Shown here one piece after another: positions 24,575-32,431 of a stretch of DNA of 40,752 nt. The translations under genes and the position numbers were made by a program. The DNA is taken from NCBI GenBank assembly GCA_964361325.1, contig CAYHZT010000001.1, positions 1 to 40,752 on the forward strand, given 5' to 3'. Every line of letters begins with the position of its first letter. Position 1 is the first letter of the stretch. The stretch is from an uncultured Candidatus Saccharibacteria bacterium (GTDB taxonomy: Bacteria > Patescibacteriota > Minisyncoccia > UBA6257 > WO2-44-18). The notes under the pieces were generated by a model. That model was not told the origin of the DNA and made no database searches. It saw only the letters and a list, made by a program, of their open reading frames with translations.

Positions 24575-25291
24575 ATGGCTTCTATCGCTGAATTAAAAAA
24601 AGATTTCAAGCGCCTGGCGGATCGGGCGGCGCTTTTTCACGGCTATATTTTATTCGGCCATGATTCGGAGTCGGAAAAAACCCGTCTGGCGCAAGAATTG
24701 GCGAACTATTTGGAAAACAAAAAATGGGAGGTTGGCGACCGTATTTTATCGGATAGTTTTATTATTGACGCGCGGCAAGAAGCGGGGATTGATCTTGTTC
24801 GTTCCTCACAGCATTTTTTATGGCAGAAACCGGCAATTGCTCCGAATCGCACTCTAGTAATAGATCACGCCGATCGTCTTACTCTGCCCGCCCAAAATGC
24901 GATTTTAAAAATAGCCGAGGAGCCACCGACTCACGCTTTAATTATTTTATTGGTTCGTGATCCGGAAGTACTCTTGCCGGCTTTAGTTTCTCGTTTTCAA
25001 AAAATATTCGTTGCCGGTGCGAGAAAGTTCGACGGCGATACGGAAACCGCAAAAATCGCGGAGCGATTTTTGAAATCTTCATTGGCAATACGCAAAGAAA
25101 TAATCAAGGAAATTTTGGAAGACGAGGCGGGTCTGGAGAATTTTGTCGCCGCCCTGTTCGTTTTTTTATGGCGGGATAAAATCAAAAATTATAAGGTTGG
25201 CAAAGAACTTTTAAAGAGATGGGTTTTAATTGAGCAGCTTAACGTCAATAAACGCTTGCAGATGGAAGCGGCTCTTGTTGGCCTGCCTTAA
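24575..25291 (+). CDS. holB: DNA polymerase III delta' subunit (short)
   Basis: AQNAILKIAEEPPTHALIILL ... LLPALVSRFQKI matches the clamp-loader delta'/gamma box and sensor region. Confidence 0.7.
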   Translation: MASIAELKKDFKRLADRAALFHGYILFGHDSESEKTRLAQELANYLENKKWEVGDRILSDSFIIDARQEAGIDLVRSSQHFLWQKPAIAPNRTLVIDHADRLTLPAQNAILKIAEEPPTHALIILLVRDPEVLLPALVSRFQKIFVAGARKFDGDTETAKIAERFLKSSLAIRKEIIKEILEDEAGLENFVAALFVFLWRDKIKNYKVGKELLKRWVLIEQLNVNKRLQMEAALVGLP

Positions 25292-25332
25292 ATTCAATTG
25301 CTTTTTTGATTATAAATTTATAGAATTAAGGC

Positions 25333-25413
25333 ATGGAAAAAGCGTTTGGATTACTTTTGTTAATCATTTTTGCCGGTATTTTGCTGTACTTTTTGCCGAT
25401 TGTCTGCAAATAA
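25333..25413 (+). CDS. Possible 26-aa hydrophobic micro-protein (MEKAFGLLLLIIFAGILLYFLPIVCK)
   Basis: The ORF has a single TM-length hydrophobic core and fills the holB-frr gap. Weak SD (AAGG). Confidence 0.25.
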   Translation: MEKAFGLLLLIIFAGILLYFLPIVCK

Positions 25414-25423
25414 AACGGCGTAA

Positions 25424-25984
25424 TTGTCATTTATGGAAACCTTAATAAAAGAGCAGGAAAAAAATCTTAAATCGGCTGCCGAAGGCCTGAAAGCCGAACT
25501 AAGCGGTATTCGCACCAATCGTCCTAGTCCAAAATTAGTGGAGAATATCAAAGTGGATTATATGGAACAGCAACTAACCGTAAAACAGCTTGGTTCTATT
25601 TCGATTGTTCCGCCGCGCGAAATAGACATCAGTGCTTGGGATAAGGCGGCCGTCGGACCTATTTCCAAGGCAATCGAAACTTCCGGTTTGGGCTTGACCG
25701 CCAATACGGATGGAAATCTTATCCGCATCAATTTACCAACGCTGACCGATGAACGCCGCCAGGAGTTATCCAAGCTTATCAAATCTTTGACGGAGCAGGT
25801 TAGAATCAGAGTTCGTAACTTACGCGAAGACGTCAATAAAAAAATAGACGCCGGTTTTAAAGAAAAGAAAATCAGCGAAGACCAAAAATTCAAATTTAAA
25901 AAGCAGAATCAGGACGCGGTGGATAAAATTAACGTTGAACTTGATAATCTCTTGAACGGAAAAATTAAAGAGATTAACGAATAA
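25424..25984 (+). CDS. frr: Ribosome recycling factor
   Basis: 186 aa. L..IRTNRPSP.L...I.V.YY ... LTEERR.EL.K. Confidence 0.9.
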   Translation: MSFMETLIKEQEKNLKSAAEGLKAELSGIRTNRPSPKLVENIKVDYMEQQLTVKQLGSISIVPPREIDISAWDKAAVGPISKAIETSGLGLTANTDGNLIRINLPTLTDERRQELSKLIKSLTEQVRIRVRNLREDVNKKIDAGFKEKKISEDQKFKFKKQNQDAVDKINVELDNLLNGKIKEINE

Positions 25985-27030
25985 TGGTTATTTTGGCTGT
26001 TTTTGCCGGTATTGCCTTTTTGATTTTAATTCATGAATTCGGGCATTTCTTAGTTGCCAAACTTTCCGGCCTTTTAGTCGAGGAGTTTGGTTTTGGGTTT
26101 CCTCCGCGGATTTTCGCCAAGAAAATCGGCGAGACGGTTTACTCAATCAATCTTTTGCCGTTTGGGGGATTCGTTAAGATGTTCGGCGAAAATGCTCCAG
26201 TTTCTTTAACCGCCGACAAAGCCGCGCCGACAAATGTAGAGCAAAAAGCTAATCTGGGGCGTAGTTTTTTTGTGCAACCGGCATGGCGGCGAGCAGCAAT
26301 AATCGCGGCCGGAGTTTTAATGAATTTTATACTTGGCTGGTTTTTATTGTCCGTGATTTTTTTAATCGGCACGCCGCAAGTAGTTCTGATTTCTGAAGTG
26401 TTTTCCGACAGCCCCGCCGCTCGGGCGGGTATTTTACCGGAGGACCAGGTAAAAGGTTTTAAAACCGCTCATGACTTTGTTGATTTCGTGGCTAAGAATC
26501 GTGGGCAAGAAATAACCCTGACAATCCAGCGGGGAGGCGAAGAACTTAATATTACCGCGATGCCTCGTTTGGAAGAGGATGCCGCGCTTGGCGTCGGGGT
26601 AGTGGAAGCGGGAGTGCCGCGCTATTCATTTTTCCGGGCGTTTGCCGAAGGATTTAAATCCGCTATTTTTGTTGTGGGAGGGATTATAGCCGCCTTTTTA
26701 AATTTGTTTTGGGGATTATTGACGCAGGGACGAGTTGCAATAGATGTTGTTGGGCCAATCGGACTTTTCGGCATTGCAACCGAAGCCGGCGCGCTTGGTT
26801 TTTTGTATCTAACGCAATTAATTGCCATTATTTCTTTGAATTTGGCGGTTTTAAATATAATGCCATTTCCGGCTTTGGACGGCGGCCGTCTGCTTTTTAT
26901 CGCTTTTGAAAAAATAAAAGGTAAGCGGCTTTCCCAAAACTTTGAGAACGTCGCTAACACTATGGGTTTCATTATCTTAATTACATTAATGCTTGCCGTA
27001 ACTATCAGCGACATCATCCATCTTTTTTAG
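25984..27030 (+). CDS. rseP: RIP site-2 metalloprotease (M50, RseP-like) with a PDZ domain
   Basis: HEFGHFLVAK (HExxH), a PDZ segment, NLAVLNIMPFPALDGGRLLF. The start overlaps the frr stop by 1 nt. Confidence 0.85.
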   Translation: MVILAVFAGIAFLILIHEFGHFLVAKLSGLLVEEFGFGFPPRIFAKKIGETVYSINLLPFGGFVKMFGENAPVSLTADKAAPTNVEQKANLGRSFFVQPAWRRAAIIAAGVLMNFILGWFLLSVIFLIGTPQVVLISEVFSDSPAARAGILPEDQVKGFKTAHDFVDFVAKNRGQEITLTIQRGGEELNITAMPRLEEDAALGVGVVEAGVPRYSFFRAFAEGFKSAIFVVGGIIAAFLNLFWGLLTQGRVAIDVVGPIGLFGIATEAGALGFLYLTQLIAIISLNLAVLNIMPFPALDGGRLLFIAFEKIKGKRLSQNFENVANTMGFIILITLMLAVTISDIIHLF

Positions 27031-27042
27031 CGCTTCCGGCGC

Positions 27043-27071
27043 TTGCTATCACTATTTTTTAGGGGTATTAT
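27043..27071 (+). promoter_or_regulatory. Promoter candidate (TTGCTA-17 nt-TATTAT) for the orphan secreted-protein gene
   Basis: Hexamers at 27043-27048 and 27066-27071. Confidence 0.45.
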
Positions 27072-27117
27072 GTAGCCAGTTTGGTGTACCTTGAAAAGCT
27101 GTTGTGTGGAGGTTCCG

Positions 27118-28776
27118 ATGGCGCGGATTGCTGTTGTTTTGGTTCTGTTCATCGGTTTCGCGCAGACCAAATCCTCAAGTCAGGAAATAGTGCCCCAACA
27201 CCAGGAAGAAATCCAGATTGTTCTTCCAGACTTGTATTGGTCACTTCAAGATAGGGGGCCTACGGCTAGCATCGGCACGGATTACGAGCTTAATCCGCCG
27301 CCAAAAGGAATAACCAGAAAGTATTTTATTTCCTGCGAGGATGGAAATGGCAATGTCATTCACGAACCGGTTAAGCTGGACGACGCGGCTTTTTATACTT
27401 TGGCGAAGCGCATTCTTTCTTATGGCGTCCGAGATTCAGTCCAGGCGACCAATTATATCAACAGACGCTATCAGGAATTCGTCAGAATTATTTTAAAACA
27501 CCGCATCATCAACGAAGTGGAACTGAAAAAAGTTGGCAAGAAATATTACGAGTACAGTTGGATTGAGAGTTTCTACTGGCTCCAAAGCGTCGTTCCGAAT
27601 GTAATTACGGCGGAAGAATTGCAGGCATTGCTCGGGCGGTCGTTCAATGATTATTTTACTGTTTTCGTTCGTTTGTCCTCCGGCATCAAGCCCGACACGG
27701 TTCGCGTTTGGCTGGACGAGCAATTTTTCTTGCAAACCACCGACCAATCGAGTTCCATTTTCAGCAACTTCGCGCAAATTTACGGAGTTGTTGCCGCAAA
27801 AGGCGCGGCCATTCCCGCGTCCGTGCAGAAGCGCCTGTTTGCGTCCTATTTGGACAATTACTTTCCGTTAGATGGGCGGGGAATTAGAGGGGCATATGCC
27901 GATTTACAACTTCCGATTCCCGATAAGGCGGTGCTTGCGTCGGTGATGGAAGATTTTGTGCGAAAACAGGAAATTCCGCTTAACGAAATCGTTCCGGAAT
28001 TTCGTTGTTTCGGCCTAAGTTTTCCCAAGCAATACGCCGTCGCTTATCGCGACCGGCTTCTCGCGCGATCCGATGATATTACTGACGTCCTGTATCTTGT
28101 CGAAGAAGCAGGCGAAGATGCTAAGTCAGAACTTTGGAACAAGTACGCTTATTCCGCGTTGCGAAGCTACCTGCGCCGTTCTTATTTGAGGGGCGATTAC
28201 TACCGGGCGGCGGTTGAGGGCTATCGGCGAGTGGCAAAGGCCGGAATTCCCATTGACCGTTCAATAACGGAGTGTCTGGCGGGAGCGGTTGATGACGCAT
28301 CGGTCCGAATGAGAGATATATTGATCGCTTATCGGCTCGCGGACCGGAGTCCTAAGTCGGCATTGGTTATTCTGCAGTTGGAAAACCGTCTTGAACAATC
28401 GCGGGATTTGCGGGAAGAAATTGACGGCGCGGATTTTCTTGGCGATCCGGAGCGAATCAAGGCACTGTCCCGAAAAATCTCCCTGCGCTTTTTTGAAAAG
28501 CTGAAAAAAGAACAAAGCCCCTCCATGGACTCCCAAACCTTCAAGGAGCTATCCGCTATCTTGGACGCTTATGAAGAACTGAAATTTACGATTGGCGCCC
28601 GTTCGCTTGCTCTCCATCTTTTTGACATGGGATTCGTATTGCCGGCTCGCCGCGCGTTTCATCTCGGCGGACTGGGTAAGGAAGCCGAAGAGCGGTATTA
28701 CAAAAATTTTTGCGACGACGCATTGAGAAACAAACAAGAAACTTTCAATGCCAATGCGCAAAAACCCCTCCGATAA
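27118..28776 (+). CDS. Orphan secreted protein (552 aa), no recognisable family
   Basis: I prefer the ATG at 27118, which has GGAGG 5 nt upstream, over the track's TTG at 27091. Signal peptide MARIAVVLVLFIGFAQT. The mature part is helix-rich. Confidence 0.6.
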   Translation: MARIAVVLVLFIGFAQTKSSSQEIVPQHQEEIQIVLPDLYWSLQDRGPTASIGTDYELNPPPKGITRKYFISCEDGNGNVIHEPVKLDDAAFYTLAKRILSYGVRDSVQATNYINRRYQEFVRIILKHRIINEVELKKVGKKYYEYSWIESFYWLQSVVPNVITAEELQALLGRSFNDYFTVFVRLSSGIKPDTVRVWLDEQFFLQTTDQSSSIFSNFAQIYGVVAAKGAAIPASVQKRLFASYLDNYFPLDGRGIRGAYADLQLPIPDKAVLASVMEDFVRKQEIPLNEIVPEFRCFGLSFPKQYAVAYRDRLLARSDDITDVLYLVEEAGEDAKSELWNKYAYSALRSYLRRSYLRGDYYRAAVEGYRRVAKAGIPIDRSITECLAGAVDDASVRMRDILIAYRLADRSPKSALVILQLENRLEQSRDLREEIDGADFLGDPERIKALSRKISLRFFEKLKKEQSPSMDSQTFKELSAILDAYEELKFTIGARSLALHLFDMGFVLPARRAFHLGGLGKEAEERYYKNFCDDALRNKQETFNANAQKPLR

Positions 28777-28793
28777 TTATCGGAGGGGTTTTT
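28765..28793 (+). terminator. Intrinsic terminator (the stop codon lies inside the stem)
   Basis: CCCCTCCGATA / TATCGGAGGGG palindrome followed by T5. Confidence 0.75.
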
Positions 28794-28803
28794 AAATATC
28801 CAT

Positions 28804-28832
28804 TTTACAGAGTGACAAAAACTTAATATAAT
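28804..28832 (+). promoter_or_regulatory. Promoter candidate for proS (TTTACA-17 nt-TATAAT)
   Basis: Hexamers at 28804-28809 and 28827-28832. The ATG at 28844 is 11 nt after the -10 element. Confidence 0.5.
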
Positions 28833-28843
28833 CGAGATACGTT

Positions 28844-30052
28844 ATGAGACAATCAGAACTGTTCACAAAAACCCAGAAAACCTCGCCAAAAGAAGAAGAG
28901 GCGATTAACGCCAAATTGCTTACGCGCGCCGGCTATATCCGCAAAATGTCCGCCGGTGTTTATACTTATTTGCCGCTCGCCTGGCGAGTCTTGAATAAAA
29001 TGAATGCCATTATTCGAGCAGAGATGAATGCCATCGGCGCTCAAGAATTATTGATGCCGGCGTTGATTGCCAAGGAATATTGGGAAAAATCCAAACGATG
29101 GCACACCGATGTTGCTTATGAATTTAAATCGCCGTTTGGCGAAGATTTTGGGTTGGGCTGGACCCACGAAGAAGCGATAACCGCCGTTGCAACCCATTTT
29201 GTAAGTTCTTATAAAGATTTGCCGCTGGGCGTTTATCAAATCCAAAATAAATTCCGGGCGGAACCTCGGGCCAAGAGCGGGCTTCTTCGCGGCCGGGAAT
29301 TTATGATGAAAGATCTTTACAGTTTTCACGCCAATAAAGAAAACCTCGATAATTATTACGAAAAAGTTATCGGCGCTTATCAAAAAATTCTCAAGCAGCT
29401 TTCGTTAAAAGCCAAATTAACCGAGGCTTCCGGCGGCGCTTTTACGAAAGAATACACGCATGAATTTCAGGTACTTGCTCCGGTAGGGGAAGATACCGTG
29501 ATTCATTGCGTTGCCTGCGATTTTGCCCAAAATAAGGAAATTGCCGTAGTGCGTGGCGGCAATCGTTGTCCGAAATGCGATAGCGAGGTACTGGAGTCGG
29601 CGGCTATTGAGGTCGCTAATGTTTTCAAGCTTGGTACCAGGTATTCAGACGCTTTTGGATTGCAATACACCGATGCGCAAGGCGCAAAAGCGCCGATTAT
29701 TATGGGGTCTTATGGAATCGGCCCAACGCGATTGCTCGCTACCTTGATTGAGATTTATAACGACGCCAAAGGCATGATCTGGCCCAAATCAGTTTCGCCA
29801 TTCGCGATTCATTTAATCGGTATCAATAAACCGTTAGACAAACTTTATAATCAACTTCAAAAAGCCGGCGTAGAAGTATTATACGACGACCGCGATGTTT
29901 CAGTTGGGGAAAAATTTGCCGACGCGGACCTGATCGGGATAACTTGGCGAGCCGTTGTCAGCGAAAAAACCGGCAGTAAAATTGAGTTAAAAAGACGCGG
30001 TTCGGACAAAACAAAGTTAGTGACGTCGAAGGAGTTGTTAAAACTTAAATAA
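28844..30052 (+). CDS. proS: Proline--tRNA ligase, bacterial type without the INS editing domain
   Basis: 402 aa. Motif 2 is FRAEPRAKSGLLRGREFMMKD and motif 3 is GSYGIGPTR. A class II anticodon-binding domain is present. Only a short CxxC...CxxC segment lies between motifs 2 and 3. Confidence 0.9.
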   Translation: MRQSELFTKTQKTSPKEEEAINAKLLTRAGYIRKMSAGVYTYLPLAWRVLNKMNAIIRAEMNAIGAQELLMPALIAKEYWEKSKRWHTDVAYEFKSPFGEDFGLGWTHEEAITAVATHFVSSYKDLPLGVYQIQNKFRAEPRAKSGLLRGREFMMKDLYSFHANKENLDNYYEKVIGAYQKILKQLSLKAKLTEASGGAFTKEYTHEFQVLAPVGEDTVIHCVACDFAQNKEIAVVRGGNRCPKCDSEVLESAAIEVANVFKLGTRYSDAFGLQYTDAQGAKAPIIMGSYGIGPTRLLATLIEIYNDAKGMIWPKSVSPFAIHLIGINKPLDKLYNQLQKAGVEVLYDDRDVSVGEKFADADLIGITWRAVVSEKTGSKIELKRRGSDKTKLVTSKELLKLK

Positions 30053-30074
30053 TTTTGTAAAATACTTTTGATTT

Positions 30075-31124
30075 ATGAAAAGCCCACTCGCGATTTTTTC
30101 AAAAAACGTCGGGATTGATCTTGGTACCGCCAACTCTCTTATTTATCTTGCCGGGCGCGGTCTTATGGTTAATGAACCGTCCATCGCGGCGGTCAATTCC
30201 AAAACTAATCAGGTGTTGGCGATTGGTACGGAAGCGAAAAAAATGATTGGGCGGACGCCGTCGCATATAAACATTATCCGGCCTCTCATTAATGGAGTGA
30301 TTTCCGATTTTGAAATGGCGCAAGAAATGTTGCGTCACTACTTAAAAAAACTCGGGGGCGCGCAAATTTTTTATAATTTTCAAAAAGCGGTTATCGGCGT
30401 GCCGAGTAACTTGACGGAGGTGGAGCGTAAATCGGTAGAAGACGCGGTGATGGGAGTCGGCGTGGTCCGGGCATATGTCATAGAAGAACCGTTGGCCGCC
30501 GCTTTAGGCGCTCGTTTGCCGATTGATGAGCCAGTTGCCAACTTGATTGTTGATATCGGGGGAGGCACAACTGAAGTAGCTATTATTTCAATGGGCGGGA
30601 CGGTTAATGCCAAAAGTTTGAAGATTGCCGGCGACAAATTGACAAACGATATTATCCAATTCGTTCGGGACGAGTTTCGATTGGCTATCGGTGAACCAAC
30701 CGCGGAAGAGCTTAAGATTCATATCGGTTCGGTCATTCCCCAAAATGAAAAATTAGAAATGCCGGTTCGCGGCCGCGATCTGGCTACGGGATTACCCAGG
30801 GAAGTGATTGTTCGCGAAACACATGTTCGGGCGGCAATTATGAAGTCGCTCAAAACAATATTAGACGCAGTCAAAGAGGTTATCGAAATTTCTCCGCCGG
30901 AACTCGCTGGCGATATTTACAAACGCGGCCTGCATCTTTGCGGCGGTAGTAGTTTATTGAAAGGTATGGATGTCTTTTTGTCGCGGGAATTGGGCATAGC
31001 GGCCAATATAGTTGACGACCCTCTTACCTGCGTTGTCCGCGGCACCGGTATTGCTGTGGAGAATCTGGCGAAATATCAGCAAGTTTTAGACAATCCGCTT
31101 CGGCCGCGCGATATTCGCATCTAA
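30075..31124 (+). CDS. mreB: Rod-shape-determining actin homologue MreB (paralogue 2, in the mreBCD operon)
   Basis: VGIDLGTANSLIY, NEPSIAAV, EAKKMIGRTP, RPLINGVISDF, VDIGGGTTEVAI, LCGGSS. Confidence 0.9.
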   Translation: MKSPLAIFSKNVGIDLGTANSLIYLAGRGLMVNEPSIAAVNSKTNQVLAIGTEAKKMIGRTPSHINIIRPLINGVISDFEMAQEMLRHYLKKLGGAQIFYNFQKAVIGVPSNLTEVERKSVEDAVMGVGVVRAYVIEEPLAAALGARLPIDEPVANLIVDIGGGTTEVAIISMGGTVNAKSLKIAGDKLTNDIIQFVRDEFRLAIGEPTAEELKIHIGSVIPQNEKLEMPVRGRDLATGLPREVIVRETHVRAAIMKSLKTILDAVKEVIEISPPELAGDIYKRGLHLCGGSSLLKGMDVFLSRELGIAANIVDDPLTCVVRGTGIAVENLAKYQQVLDNPLRPRDIRI

Positions 31125-31125
31125 A

Positions 31126-31746
31126 ATGTCCAGGTATTTATGGATATTGATTATTCTCGGCCTTGTCGGAACCGCTTTTTTTGGAAATTTTTTAACCGCC
31201 ACAAAAAACCGTTTAGCTGCCGTTGTTTCGCTTACGCCGTTTGAAAAGCCGCAAACGATAACTCAAAATGGCCGCCAAGTTATTATCGCCAAAATTTATT
31301 CTACTTTCCCGTTTAATTATCGCAATCTGATTACTTTAAATGCCGGTTCGATGAGTGGCATAGGATTAGGAACGCCGGTTACCGTTGATGGTAATATTCT
31401 ACTTGGAAAGGTTATTGAGGCGGCAGGAGATTACAGCGTGGTTCAGACGATTTTTGATAAAAATTTTTCTCTGCCGGTGCGGGTAGGCAGTCATCAAATC
31501 GAAGCGTTGTTAATCGGCGCTCAAGAGCCGCGCCTAACTTTGATCGATAAAGCCGCGGCCGTTAAAGAAAATGACGTTGTTTATTCGGCTAGCGCGGATT
31601 TTCCGTACGGGATGAAGATCGGCAATATTGCCGAAATAAACGATCCGGCAGATAGTTCTTTCAAAGAGGCCAGTCTGCGCCTGGACTATCAATTTAATTC
31701 ATTAAAAGACGCGGCGCTTTTATCGGATTGGCATGAAAAAAGGTAG
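31126..31746 (+). CDS. mreC: Rod-shape-determining protein MreC
   Basis: N-terminal TM helix, then a beta domain (GTPVTVDGNILLGKVIE...SVVQTIFD..FSLPVRV...DVVYSAS.DFPYGMKIGNI). Lies immediately after mreB. Confidence 0.7.
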   Translation: MSRYLWILIILGLVGTAFFGNFLTATKNRLAAVVSLTPFEKPQTITQNGRQVIIAKIYSTFPFNYRNLITLNAGSMSGIGLGTPVTVDGNILLGKVIEAAGDYSVVQTIFDKNFSLPVRVGSHQIEALLIGAQEPRLTLIDKAAAVKENDVVYSASADFPYGMKIGNIAEINDPADSSFKEASLRLDYQFNSLKDAALLSDWHEKR

Positions 31747-32203
31747 GTTTTTTATATTGCTGTTGACGGTTGTGTTGGCTGTTATTTTACAAAATACCGG
31801 CCTTTTAAACGTTTATGGCATCAAGCCAAATTTAGCGCTGGCGAGTTTAGTCTCGGTTTCTTTTTTCGCCGCCGATTTAGCTTCCTATATTTTTTTGGTA
31901 GTAGCCGCGTTGATTGGCTTAAAATTTCGGGCTAGTTTCGAGGTTGATTCGCTGATTATGGCCGGTTTGTCATTGGCATCTTTCGTGATGGGGCGGCGAT
32001 TGCAATGGAAGCCAATTATTAATAATATTCTGTTAATCGGAGGCGGAACAATTTTATTTTATCTTCTTGCTTCTCCGGGTTTTATTGCGGCTAATTCGCA
32101 AATCGTGATTGGCGAGTTAGTTTATAATGTAGTATTGGGAACAATTATTTTTAAAATATTTGAAGAATGGAGCCATGACAAAATCAATATCTTCCACAAT
32201 TGA
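31733..32203 (+). CDS. mreD: Rod-shape-determining protein MreD (tentative)
   Basis: 156-aa polytopic membrane protein. Overlaps mreC by 14 nt and sits in the expected position. Confidence 0.5.
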   Translation: MKKGRFFILLLTVVLAVILQNTGLLNVYGIKPNLALASLVSVSFFAADLASYIFLVVAALIGLKFRASFEVDSLIMAGLSLASFVMGRRLQWKPIINNILLIGGGTILFYLLASPGFIAANSQIVIGELVYNVVLGTIIFKIFEEWSHDKINIFHN

Positions 32204-32223
32204 TAATAGAAATTTTGCTTCAA

Positions 32224-32406
32224 TGCCACGACGCGAGGGCGTAGTAATAGACTCTATTACAAGCCCGAGCAACAAAGGCAGTGGGCAAAATTTCATTACC
32301 TGGACGGGAGGCGCGACCTTGGCTGATTTTGTTGTTGCGCTCGCTCAGAATAGAGTCTATTTCTTCGCTCGCGCGCCTAGAAATCAGGCACAAGGTCGCA
32401 GCCTTC
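32224..32406. other. Highly structured spacer: two stem-loop domains, each capped by a TAGA-n-TCTA palindrome
   Basis: GTAATAGACTCTATTAC (32244-32260) is a perfect 8+1+8 palindrome. AATAGAGTCTATT (32349-32361) is the exact reverse complement of 32246-32258. A long helix pairs 32307-32329 with 32381-32406. Confidence 0.45.
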
Positions 32407-32431
32407 AATTGGGAAGGATGTTGATATTGTC

